Below the pieces are notes generated by a model that did no database searches, was not told where the DNA came from, and saw only the letters and a program-made list of their open reading frames with translations. A stretch of DNA of 64,000 nt, taken from NCBI GenBank assembly GCA_905178155.1, contig CAJINV010000002.1, forward strand, positions 5,994,476 to 6,058,475. Direction: 5' to 3'. Below, piece by piece: positions 1-11,400 of the stretch; positions within the stretch are counted from its first letter, which is position 1; each line of letters opens with the position of its first letter. Made by a program: the position numbers and the translations under genes. Origin of the DNA: Amoebophrya sp. A120 (lineage: Eukaryota > Protista > Dinoflagellata).

Positions 1-246
1 TTGTCCACGGACACGGTAAGGCAGCAGAGCGCTCCTGCGTAAAAAGTGACCGCACAAGCACAACGACTAGCACGAGGGATTTGCTATCACTAGGTGGCAT
101 CATCGCAACATGGGGCTCACTACCATCCGCTACTCTTGGATTGCTGCACTCCTGCGTATTGTTGAACTTTACTCAGTAACACGAGCCTCAAAAGTATCCT
201 ACAAAGTCGTGTTGTATATTGTAGATCACCATGAAATTATCCTTCC

Positions 247-1787
247 TCACAACTCTTCCCGCAGCGCTTTTCTCCACTTCCCCCTCCTAAACGTCGCGAC
301 CACCAACCGGTCAATGTAGGGTTTGGAAATTTCGAATTTTTCCACTTCGAACCAGCTGGATTCCTCGAGGTACTCGCGGAAGTCGGCAAGCCGCTCCTTG
401 TGCCGCAGCATGTTGTCCACGATCACTTTGCTGTTGTCCTTGAGAATATCTTTTTCCACCAAAATTTGCAAATCCGACAGAAACCGCTCAGGCGGGTCGT
501 GGTCGAAGATGACCAAGTCGAAGCCGGAGTTGTCAATGTGCGAGTGGATCGCCGGGGCGATGTTCTCAAACTCCTCCGGGTCGGTCAGGTCGAAGGTCAA
601 CGGATTGTAGTGGATCAGATCCTCGGAAGATTTGGAGCGCTTTTTTGACGCCGGTGATTGTGCTTGCAGGCAGGGCTGTAGCTGCTTGGTTGTCGATGAC
701 GTGCCTTGCGCGGGAAGCTCGGCGAAAGCTGGAAGCGGACTGTTGTTTCGATGATTGAAGGTTTTGCGTACTTAAACGACAGGGTTGAGTAAGAATTTCA
801 ATTCTTTCCCTCTTCATCTTCTGCTCGTCAAAAATCGCTGCGCATTTGCATTTCACTATGTGAAAAAAATGAAGATCATCAAAAATCCTCTTACCCGTTC
901 GTGTATCTCTGTAGCGCCTCGCGCACAAATTTCGTGCCTTCCGCTTGCCAACTCTGGTTGTCTTCCGTGGCGATGACGTTGATTTGCTCGGGCCATATCA
1001 CCTTCGGCTGTTCGCCGATCGACTGCAAGATTTTCGCTAACAACCGCAGCGTCCCATCCCCCAAGTGTGACCCGAATTCCAATATGTTGAAGTGCCAGCC
1101 CGCCTGATAACAGGTTTGTGGAATCATATTCATAGTACCCCGGGGGCCGCCGTGTCGCGACAATTTTTCCGGGTCCTCTCGATGTCCTGCAGCGGTGCTG
1201 GCAAAAACATCGCTTTCGGCATTGCCTGTGCCAGCCTCCTTTACCACAGCTAGCATCTCTTGCTGAACCTCCGAAAACCGGTCGAAGCTCGTTCTTTCCA
1301 AGACCTTTCCCTTCTGATCCCCCAAAGTCAGCCCGATCCGCATTCTCCTGCACTCCGCCTCCATAGCGTTCACGAAGACACTAATGGCGGTGGCAGGGGT
1401 CGTTCGGGAAGTAGAAGAGATGGTTTGTAAGCTGTTTTTGACGGAATGATGAACGATGCCGTGCGCATCGCCAAACTTGTACGCGTCAAATGTTGGGTCG
1501 GCGTCGGGGTCGGGAAAGTGCTCATGCACCTCATCGATTCCGCCAAGCGAAACGCGGTTTTTGGACTTGCCTACCTTGGCCGTCGTGGAGGACGCGGAGG
1601 GAACAGGCTGGGCAAGAGCGCTGGAAGAAGGGCTTGTGCTTATGTTGGTGAGTAGAACAAACGAGGAGATGCTGCGAAAGCCGAAGGTCAAATGTCGTGG
1701 AGATGAAAGAACACTGCGGCCAAGATGACACCGTGGTGTTGGGCGACGTTGCTCCAGTGATGTGCGACACGAAAGAAAGGCGGTCAT
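247..1787 (-). CDS. Catechol O-methyltransferase-like SAM-dependent methyltransferase (2 exons; GT donor at 894, acceptor uncertain, ~740)
   Basis: ORF 891..1787 has the SAM motif NILEFGSHLGDG. ORF 247..600 has DLVIFDHDPPERFLSDLQILVEKDILKDNSKVIVDNML, matching the COMT C-terminal pattern (FLDHWK..YL.D...L....LL..G.V..ADNV). Confidence 0.7.
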
Positions 1788-2154
1788 CGTCCTAGTCGGT
1801 ACGTACGTGTATGTTGTTGGTCATGGAAAGAAAAAATCGCGTTGCCACCAGAACCGCTCGACAAGAGGAACCGGGCAAGCCGGGACGCGTATCCAGTGGG
1901 GCGCGGCCGGTGCCTGTTAGTTGGACTAACAGCGTATTTGTAGGAGCGGAGCACGTGGTTAGCAAATCGAACTTCCGTTCTTGGTGTAGAGTGCGAACCG
2001 ACAATGAATTGCAAGCGAACGAAGGTCAATGGTTTCTTTACCTGATGGAAAGCCACAGCTTTTGCTGCCTCAATTTTCAAAGGAGTGTTTTCATCTGGAG
2101 CAACAATTATCTATAATACTATTCAAAAAATTCTGGCGGACGCGGGGGCGCAAG

Positions 2155-2346
2155 CTACTAGTAGGAATCCTACTAGTGGAAAGCTGCTAGTAGAAAAACG
2201 GCTACTAGTAGAAATCCTGCTAGTGTTTTTAGCGTTACAAAAAAGCGCGAGAGCTACTAGTGACAGGCGCCACTAGTGAGGGCGCCCACTAGTGGAGCCA
2301 CTAGTGACAAAAATCTCGATTTTGGGGAAAGCGGAAACACTAGTGA
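2155..2346. repeat. Cluster of ~10 (A/G)CTAGT sites, most the palindrome ACTAGT
   Basis: ctactagtag, ctactagtgg, ctgctagtag, ccactagtga, acactagtga etc. within ~190 bp. Confidence 0.7.
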
Positions 2347-2349
2347 GGA

Positions 2350-4870
2350 AACCCGCCAACACAGCCGGAGCGAGACCAAACCCCGATGGAAACACAATAC
2401 ACCAGCAAAAGCTCGCCCGGGCCGCCTGTCGAGGAGCCTCGGGCAGGGGGCTTGGGGCTGCGGTCTCCCCTTGCCGAACACTCTTCGGCGCCTGGCTGGC
2501 GGCTGCCGGTTGGCTAAACCGGGCCGGGGTCGTGCTGTATTCCGGCGCCCCTTGTCGTTCGCCCCCTGTTGCGAGGGGTTTGGCGCCAGTTTGCGCCTTC
2601 CTCTGCCGCGTGTGGCTCTGCAGGCCGGGCTTCGTCGCGTGCCCACTTCCAGCCGCGGGGGCTCTCCACCCTCGCCGGGGCTTCCTGCTTTTGCCCCGTG
2701 TCCTTGTTTGGGCCGCCGGGCGTGTTTCCGGTTTCTTTACGGCTCGCCCCTTCGCCCTGTTTGGGCGCTCGCCATTTCGTTTGCGGGGCTTTTTGCCTCT
2801 TTCCCGGGCGTGGGCTTTGGCCTGCTTCCTTTTTTTTGGGGTTGTCATTTCGTTCATCTTCCTGTGACTCGCCCCCCGGGCCGTCGCAAAGGGTCTTGGC
2901 GCGCTCTCCGCCGGACCTGTTTGTGGCGGCTCGGGCAGGGGCTGCGCTGTGCGCCCCCTACCGCCCCTTGCGCCTCGCGGCCTTTTCTCTACCTACACTT
3001 CTTTCGCTCCCGCTGACCGAGGGAGGAAGGCCAGGGGCGCCGCCGCTTCTTTTTTTCGCCTCTCGCGCCAGCATGGTTTCAGGCTGTAGCGCTAGGCGTT
3101 ACCCTGTAGGCTTTTTCTCCCTCGCTCCCCCTTGCACCCCCTCGTCGCCGGGCCGGCGGGCGCGGAGCGACCGCCCGTTCTAGATACTTACTACTACAAC
3201 AGCCAGCTCATGATGATGACTCGCATTTCGCAACGCACAGCGGAAACAAACGCGAACGCAACGTGTCTAGTACGTCAAAAATCGCGGGTCGCCCGTCAAT
3301 ACCCGACGCGGCGAGTGGATCACACGAACACGAAACAGCAAAGCCTCCGGAGGAGATCAATCCCCTCCGCAAACGTGCGCGGCATTCATCAATTCGGAAC
3401 CGGCTCCAGCTGCAGCAAAAGTAGCGCAGTCGGTCGGATGGAGAAACTACATCGCTGCAGGCGCTGCTACACAACACACGCGCCGCGGGCGGAGGAGTGC
3501 GGCACGCAAGGAAAATTCGGGCTGCCGGCAAAGGCCATGCTCCATTACAAGGAAGCGCCCGCTCCCAAAAACCGGAACGGCGCCGGGCGGGGCCCCATCG
3601 CTCGAACGACCGAGCGACCAGCAGGCGCCGCTTTTGCATGTGCAAAGCGCTGCGGGGGGCGTGGCTTTCTGGCAACAGGCGGCGCGGCTATGGCAGAAGA
3701 GAAAGAAAGCAGACCCTTCCGTGGCCAGGGGCAGGGCGGCAGGTGTGTGCCTGCCACAAGGGGGGCGGGCAAACCAACCCGCCGGGAAGTTCGGAGGGGC
3801 AGCGCGGGTGCGCGCGCAGCGTCTGCGTGCGCTCCCGCCCCGTGGCCCGCCCGGGGTTCCCTGTCTGAGAATGAAACGCCGGCCGGCCGACCGGCCGGGG
3901 CAAGATAGAGCGCGCGAGGCGCGGCAAATGGCGGCGGAGCCAGGGCCCTCATTGGCCTTCCCCGTGCTTTTCGAGAATAGTGAAAGTGGCGCAGAGAACC
4001 GTCTTCGTGCAAGCGGGCCTCATCGTCTGCGCGACGGGCCCGCCCCCGAACGAAGGGCGGGCGGGCGCCGGCCGCGGCGGCCTGCCGGCGCGCTCGGCCT
4101 TGCTTCTGCCCGCAAAAGGGCCCGGCGCGCAGGCAGCCCAACGGGGCGGCGCCGGCGTTGCATGCGCCGGAGGCAGAGGCCCACACCGCCGGCCGGCAGC
4201 GCGCAGATGGGCGGGCGGCGAAATCGCAGAAGCGAGGGGCGCAGGCACACCCCACGCAAAGCAATGCCACGGCGGGCGTGATGGATTGAAAGCAAAACAG
4301 CCCCCCGGGCGGCGCACTTGCCGGCGGCGCAACAGAGGTGAGACGGCCCACAATTCCCCAAGCGCCTTCGTTCCCTGGTGCAGCAGGCTGCGCGGAGTTC
4401 TTCGGGCTGCCGGGGTTGTCCAGTTGCCGCCAGCGCATGGGCCGGCGCCCGAACGCCTTAGGCCGCCCCGCCCCATCGCGCGCCGCAGGTGGCCCACGTA
4501 GAGGGCCGGCCGCCCGGCGGCGCGCGGCCGGCAGGGGGCGTGCTGGCTGCGCTCGCGCTATTAGTTGGCCCAAGCACCCACCTGCGCCGAAGCTGCGAAG
4601 GCCTCGCACATGATTGCCTGCGCGACGCATCTTCGGGCACGCTGCCTTCCCTGGCTCTGCTTCTTCGGCCACGGCCCCAGCTTCCGGGAGCCACCCACCG
4701 GGGGCGTTCCGGTGGTCCACACGTTACGCCGACGACAGAGCGGACAGGGGAGCAGTGTTTGCCTCTTTGCATGCGCGAGACTTACCATACGCGAAAGACC
4801 CGCGCTCACTGCCAAAGCTCTAGGCCCTAAGGCACGTAGATCCCAAACAGCGGGGCGCGCTGCAATGCGG
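2350..4870. other. Anomalous very GC-rich segment with stop-poor shadow ORFs on both strands
   Basis: Abrupt composition shift relative to the flanks. ORFs are Arg/Ala/Gly/Pro-rich in all frames, with no recognisable domain. Confidence 0.55.
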
Positions 4871-5054
4871 CGCGCCTCTTCTCTGTCGAGGAAGTTACCC
4901 ACTGCACACGAATCAATAGTACGAAAGTAGAATTACTACCTTACAAGGTCACCTCCAGGAGCTACGGTGTGTGAACAGTACCAAAAATCACATTTGCGCG
5001 ACCTTCTTTATTTGAAGATTTACTCGCCAGCACCAAAAAAGACAGGCTCCTCCG

Positions 5055-7670
5055 CTAAGATTGGTGAATCGAGTGCAGCATGGTATTGTTATTTTGCACA
5101 CATGAAAGCTTTTCCGTTTCTTTTTCGTAAGATCTTTCGTCCAGCACAAGCGCGAAGTTTTTCATCCATGTTGGTGCGACGATGTCTTGTATCACTTTTG
5201 TTTTGCACCACCAGGACAGCAAAGACTTTGTTACGTAGCTGTATGGATCGGGTTCCGCTTTGAATTCTGAATCTACATAGTGGTGCTTTCGAAGAAACAA
5301 TCCAAAACCCTCGTTCCGTATCGGGAAACGCGAAGTGCTTCTGCAGCTGTCTTGATTTACATTAGTTCCACTTTTCGCTTGAAACGCTGCAGTAAGTATT
5401 GGAGTCAGTTCATAAACGTAGCCATAATGAATTTTCGCTGGTGCCAGCCTGTGATTATGTCTCATCTCCGCCTCGCCTGCAGCACCAGCCGTGCTTCGGG
5501 CAGCAGGATGGTGGTTCGCACTTGTCCTCATGTTGTTCTGCCGTTTTGATGGTCCAGTCAGAGCAGGAAATCTGCCGAGGGTCGTCAGAAACCTCAGCCT
5601 ATACAGGCAGAACTCAGATTCCCGCCCATTGTATTCATATGTTGGGTTTGTTGCTTTCGCGGCGGCATTCAGCATCGTCACAAACATCGCTACGGCGGGT
5701 GAAAGCAAATGCTGCTGCAGACTCGCTGTGAAAGTACTGCTCCCCCTCAATTCCGTGTCGAAAAACACTTTGTCCTCCAGTAGCGGCGTCGTGTGGTAGT
5801 TGTCCTCGATAACGTCTCGCATCTGCTTGCCGAGCGTCTGGAAGCTGAGCTGAAAGCCGTCCAAACAGAAGAGCAAGGTATTCATCAGAGGGTTGGATTT
5901 TGGTGCCAGGGGAAAGTGCCCGTTGTCTTGGTCTAGTTTTAGAAGTTCATCGGCATCGACAACGGCCGTGTTTGGATTTATTGTCCAAAAGGAACAAACC
6001 GTTTCTCCTGCAACGCCGCCAGTTGTACTAGCATCCTGGTCCTCCTCCTCACTGACTGTGACGTGCGGACTTGCTCCTCGTGCGGGTTTTCCATTCACGA
6101 TGAGCTGATGGTCTACAACTTTCCCCTGCTCTAGTGAGCCGGCGACGTCGTCTGCACCAGATTTAATTCTTGCACTTGCACCGTCAAGAATACTGATTCT
6201 CTCGGTCTCCAGCACTTGAACATCAGTCAGAGGTAGTCCCCATTTCAGAGACGAAGAAGAAGAAGCCACTTCACGAATTGATGTTGATGCGCCAGGATGA
6301 AGATGTCTGTCGGGATCATCCCCGACAGTAGGAGTAGATCCTTTATCCTGGTCCTCATCTGTCATCCTCGTCTTGCTCCTCCTTTCATCAAACTCCACCG
6401 TGCAACTTCCTCCAACCGGTGTCAATTCGCAGTTTATCACCCTTTCCTCGGCCAACTTTTGTAGCAGCTCGCTGCAAAAATTCTGGCAATTCGAGCTGTC
6501 CATGGGTTCCGAGTAGCTAGGAACAGAAGTGACAAACTGCTGCCAGAACGTTGTGAAGGCGAGATGTTGTTTGCCGTTTTCCAGCTTCGTTTCTGGAGCA
6601 CATGAAGTAGAAGGTGAAGAAATATCAGAACTGGCAGCGCAAGGTAGCTGGAAGTGGATTGTATTTGTGCCGCTGTTACTCCTGTTCTTACTCTCTCCGT
6701 GTTTCATGTAGTGCAGCTGATCTTCCTTGTTTGGCCCGTTGACTATCTCGAAAGTTTGCCCCCCGCCGTCGCCCGGAGTGGATGGTTCCGCGCGGGTGAC
6801 AACATCCTGAGATGATGATGAAGAATTTCCTACGGTACTATCAGTTGTCCCTGTAGGTGTACAACGGGTGAACAGTTTTTGCTCTACCAGGATCTTCTTC
6901 TCGGCCGACGTGGAAATCCAAATCTTGTTGTGGAAAAATACCGAATCCAAAAACCCATACTTCTTCCACAAAAAAAGTTCCTCCCCCCTCCCCAAATGTC
7001 GACACCAGACCCCCGTATCCGCGTTTTTGTCCACCAGGACCTCCTTCCCATTGCTCATCTGAACCGCGATCACGGTGTGCCGCAGGTTGAACAGCAAGCC
7101 AAACAAGCCCAGGTGTGCGGACCGTTCCCGAAGCTCGAAGGAAGTGACGAAATTCTGGTCTAGTTTTTGCAAAACGGTCTTTTCGTCTGTTCCAAGGTCC
7201 CATAACCGGATCGCACGGACATGGTGGAGGGTTGGTCTGGTCCTGGTTTCTGTTGTTTGGGAGGGTCTTTTGGTTCTTGCAAGTGAACTTATCCAAGTCG
7301 TCGGGAATGATGACATAACAGCGGCCTTTTTCGCGAGAAAAAAATCGACAGCGCGCTCTTCCCAGGTGGCGAGACGGTACCGGCGCCAGGTCGCAGTGTT
7401 GCGGCTTGGTGACTTTGACGACGTACCACTAGATGAAGAAGATGATGGTGATGAGCCTGTAGCTCCTGGCGCAGGTAGGTCTTTGGATACACCAGCAACA
7501 GCACCATCCTGTTCCAACACCCAGAAAGTTTGATCGTCGGCAGAGATAAAAGACTGGTTGTAAGGAAATTTTCTTTCGTCTTCGGTGCTGCTTGCGGTTC
7601 CTGCACTGCCTCGCATTGCCGCCGTCCCGACGGCTTCACCAATCGGAAAATACTCGAAGAATATCGTCAT
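5055..7670 (-). CDS. Hypothetical protein, 871 aa, single exon
   Basis: Long uninterrupted ATG-initiated ORF with Ser/Thr-rich inserts like neighbouring genes; no domain recognised. Confidence 0.75.
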   Translation of the reverse strand: MTIFFEYFPIGEAVGTAAMRGSAGTASSTEDERKFPYNQSFISADDQTFWVLEQDGAVAGVSKDLPAPGATGSSPSSSSSSGTSSKSPSRNTATWRRYRLATWEERAVDFFLAKKAAVMSSFPTTWISSLARTKRPSQTTETRTRPTLHHVRAIRLWDLGTDEKTVLQKLDQNFVTSFELRERSAHLGLFGLLFNLRHTVIAVQMSNGKEVLVDKNADTGVWCRHLGRGEELFLWKKYGFLDSVFFHNKIWISTSAEKKILVEQKLFTRCTPTGTTDSTVGNSSSSSQDVVTRAEPSTPGDGGGQTFEIVNGPNKEDQLHYMKHGESKNRSNSGTNTIHFQLPCAASSDISSPSTSCAPETKLENGKQHLAFTTFWQQFVTSVPSYSEPMDSSNCQNFCSELLQKLAEERVINCELTPVGGSCTVEFDERRSKTRMTDEDQDKGSTPTVGDDPDRHLHPGASTSIREVASSSSSLKWGLPLTDVQVLETERISILDGASARIKSGADDVAGSLEQGKVVDHQLIVNGKPARGASPHVTVSEEEDQDASTTGGVAGETVCSFWTINPNTAVVDADELLKLDQDNGHFPLAPKSNPLMNTLLFCLDGFQLSFQTLGKQMRDVIEDNYHTTPLLEDKVFFDTELRGSSTFTASLQQHLLSPAVAMFVTMLNAAAKATNPTYEYNGRESEFCLYRLRFLTTLGRFPALTGPSKRQNNMRTSANHHPAARSTAGAAGEAEMRHNHRLAPAKIHYGYVYELTPILTAAFQAKSGTNVNQDSCRSTSRFPIRNEGFGLFLRKHHYVDSEFKAEPDPYSYVTKSLLSWWCKTKVIQDIVAPTWMKNFALVLDERSYEKETEKLSCVQNNNTMLHSIHQS

Positions 7671-8471
7671 GTTTGTAGTATCCTAGTTTCGCTATGTTTG
7701 GAAAATTTCAAGGACTAAATCGAATCATACATGTAAGTGTACTGTCTACAGGGGGGCAAGTCGAAAGTCGTGCTGCATAGAACAGTAACAGATACGCTGC
7801 AAAAATGACAATACGGTTATTCTTCGTTATTGTTGGCACAAGCGAAGACTCATATACTGACTTTACGCTTATTTAACCGTACTATCATTATCTCTGCGCT
7901 CGGCTGTACTCGGTCCCGGTTCTCGAAAATAAAAACGTGGCCCCAACGTGATTTCTCCTTGTACGTTCACCAGTAGACCAGGACATAACTGGATAATAGA
8001 CAGCTAATATTTACTGAGTCTGACTGCCACATCACACAAATAAATCTTCAAACGAAAAAACACAGGGGCACGCACGACAGCCATCGAAAAAACCACCCAC
8101 GGACCTAAGTATCTTGAAACAGAAAGAAAGGACTCTCAAGAGCGCCGGATTCGAACAATAAAGTTGCGCAATCAAATGTATGAATGTTCCTCGGTGGCAT
8201 AACGTCGGCGGTTTATCTTCACTTTCGTTGCGATGAGTTAGTTTTGTCACACACTGAAGATATCGAAACGTGGTCATGGGCATGATCATGCGTGTGTCTG
8301 CTCCATCAGCGCAAACAGCGAGTGCTGTTCATGATGAGTGAAATGGCTGTTCTTCATTTGTAAGTTTGTCCTAATTGATTGTATTTTACACAAAGCTACC
8401 TCCTGCTGCGAAACCAAGCAGTGCCCGCGCCCGGTGGAAGGAACCCAGCTCTACCACGTTCCTCGTCGACT

Positions 8472-11400
8472 TCATTTGTACGCGTGATTGAGGTAATTGA
8501 CACGCATCAAGCTGTTATTTTGATTTGTTCCACTACCAGCTCCTGCAGCACCAAGGCCCGTTCCGGTACTACTAGCACCACCCCGAAGAACCGCACGCTG
8601 CTGATGCTGCAGTTGTTCAGCTGCAGAAGAAGACGACATCGCACTTCCTAAGGCCCCACTGCCATCGCCAATCGAAGAGGACGGCGCAACCAACAGTGAG
8701 GAAGTCGGACCCCCGCCTGGGTTTGCCACGACGCGTCGCGGTTTCGGGAGTTGAGGCAGTTGCACCACTGGGTTAATCGTATTCATCTGGTGCAACGCCG
8801 TGCTGGTGTTAGACGATGAGGTCGCGCCGCTTGGTATCAAAACCGGGTGCTGCGCAGAACCAGCCTGCAAGCCGAAGCTGTTACTTAAGTGAGTAGCAGT
8901 CGTGCTGGAAGCCGCAGACGATGAGCTGACGGCTGGATAGAAACAAAGCTTTGGATTATTCCCAGACAGTGGTCCTGGTCCTCCACTACTCAGTGCGGAA
9001 GCTGCAGGATTGTAACTGTAATTCTTTGGCGAGTAGTTCAAACTGCTATATACGTTGTTGCCCCCGACGTAAACAATGTCGTTGCTAGTACTTGACGTTG
9101 CAACGCCTTGAGGCAGTAGATGCCTGCTTTGCGATTGCGAGGCCAACCCCCCGGCGCCGACTTGCGGCACGACGATCGAACTCAGCGCTCTACTGTTGCT
9201 AGACCCTGACCCAGCCGGCACCAGGCGGGCATTATTGCTATAAGCTGTCCCGCCGGTAGTTGTAGTCGAAGCTGTCGTCGATGAAGTTGTACTGCTGTTG
9301 CTGTTTTTCGTCGTAGTAGAAAATGGTATTTGCTCTTGGATTTGCTGCGATAGGGAAATATACGCAGGAGCGGCGGTCGTGGCAGCTCCATTACTAGGGT
9401 TAATGCCGAGTGGTCCCCCTCGATTTCTTCCAGCATAATTGTGCTTGTTCAAGAGTTGACTATGAGTCTCATCATCGACAATGGGACTGCAACCCAACAC
9501 CTGCAAATCGTCATCCACGAGGAAGTGTTCGCTGTAGGTGGAGTTAATGTCCTGATTGTCTCTGTCGTTATCTCGATGCACTAGTTCTTTATTTCCGCCA
9601 TGTCGCTGCTCCTTGTCGTTCTTGCCACGATTTTTACAACCACCGCCCTCGGGAAACATCAAGAAGTCACCAACAGCAGGAGCTGCCCCACACCCGTCTT
9701 CGACCACCACTTTCAAGTCCGCGTCGCTCGGGCTAAAGACGACCTTCCCGTCTTCCTCGTCATCGTTGTTCGCCGCTTCGCTCACACTACTTTGCATTTC
9801 GTCCTGCAACTCTAGTACCGGTGGGGCGTGCTGGAAACGGTCTTGATCTACGCCATTAGTATAACCTGCTGGTTCTTGCTGCTGCTCTTTCTCGACAAAA
9901 ACCTCACGACCCCGAGGTTGAAGATGATTGCGTTGGTCCACCTGTGTCTGTCCCCGTGCACCAGCCGCCTTTCCTTCTAAAGTTGCCCGCTTCTGTACTA
10001 CCTCCTCCCGCAGAAGTCTCCTTTCCTGCAATTCCTTGGCCCGCTCCTTCTCATCGACAGCCAGCTGGTGCTTTCGCTTGTTCACCGCGTCGACGTGTTT
10101 CGCCATGGCTAGAGGGGACAAGTCATTCAGTGGCGGTAGCGGCGTCGTCGGGTTTTTCTTCAACAGATTGCGGGCGTTTTCGAGCAGATATCTCGCAAAC
10201 AATTCCGCCGTGAACAGGTTGCCGATATCCTTCTCTATCGCAAGAAAAAACTATTTCACTGTGAACTTGTGATGCATAGAACGGAACACAGGACTATTTG
10301 TCTTGCTACACCTGCAAGACCTTGACTCTTTAGTGGTGTTTTTCCATTGGAAGCGCGCATGGCAAATTTTCTGTGTCATGTGTAGCAAACTTGTAATGCA
10401 GATCTTGCAAAATGATCACAGTGAAACAGTTTTTTCGTGGGATATTCTCCTTGATCAAGTTACTGTTGTAGGTCGGACACTTTTCCACAATCGGCTTCGT
10501 GACCAGTTCGTAGATCGAGGTTGTCGGGATCATGTTGGATATGTTCTTGCTCAGCACAGTTGATGGTGACATTGCTTCGGCTTCCTCGGATGTTGCCGCA
10601 ATTTCTGGGTCGACGTCGACCCCACTAGAGGTGTTCGGATTCACCTTGTAATCTGTCGGTGTGGGCCTGGAATGCCGATCCGAGTGCAGCATGGAGATCA
10701 GCAGGCGTTTCAAATCTTTGGAGTAAATCCACTTCAACCACGTGGACTTCAATATGGCGCTCTCAACTGTTACACTCTCAACTGTTGCATGAATTTGTCA
10801 TGCAAATTTACCACCAAGATCGCCACGATTAAGCTGCTTCGCATGACAAATATACGAAGGGCTGAGCAGCATCTAAATCCGTGCCGAATCTGTAATGCAG
10901 AAGGCGCAATCTTCCCCCTTTCACTTTCGCCGCTCTTGCATTACAAATTTCATGTAACAGTTGAGAATGTAACAGTTGAGAACGCCGTATTCAAACTCTG
11001 TGGTTTCTGCTGCTGTGCGTTCGCTTTCAGCTTGTTCGCGATCCGGCTGCTGGTGGCCGTCGAAGAGGTGCTCGCACTAGCACCCAAATACGCCGCTCCC
11101 ATCAGTGGCGACGATCCCGCGCCGGTCATCAGGAGACTGTTCGGAGAAGAGAACAGCACCGGCGAGCTGCAGTTGCTGTGCGCCGAAAGTCCGCCGGGCG
11201 ATTTATTATTTTTGCCACCAGGGGTATTGTTCATCATCATCGCCGCGTTATAATTTTGGCTAGTACCGCTGGTTGTGTTGACGTTTAGCTGCAGAACCGG
11301 ATGCAGTTCCAACAGGGATAGGTCGTTTTTATGCACTGCAAGAGTATCGTACTCGTGTAAATGCATTACAAATTTTCTCAGCATGAAAAATAAAATTTGT

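Noticed and set aside
2257-4930. Many long overlapping ORFs
   Set aside because: Explained by stop-codon scarcity in GC-rich sequence; no domain or consistent frame.
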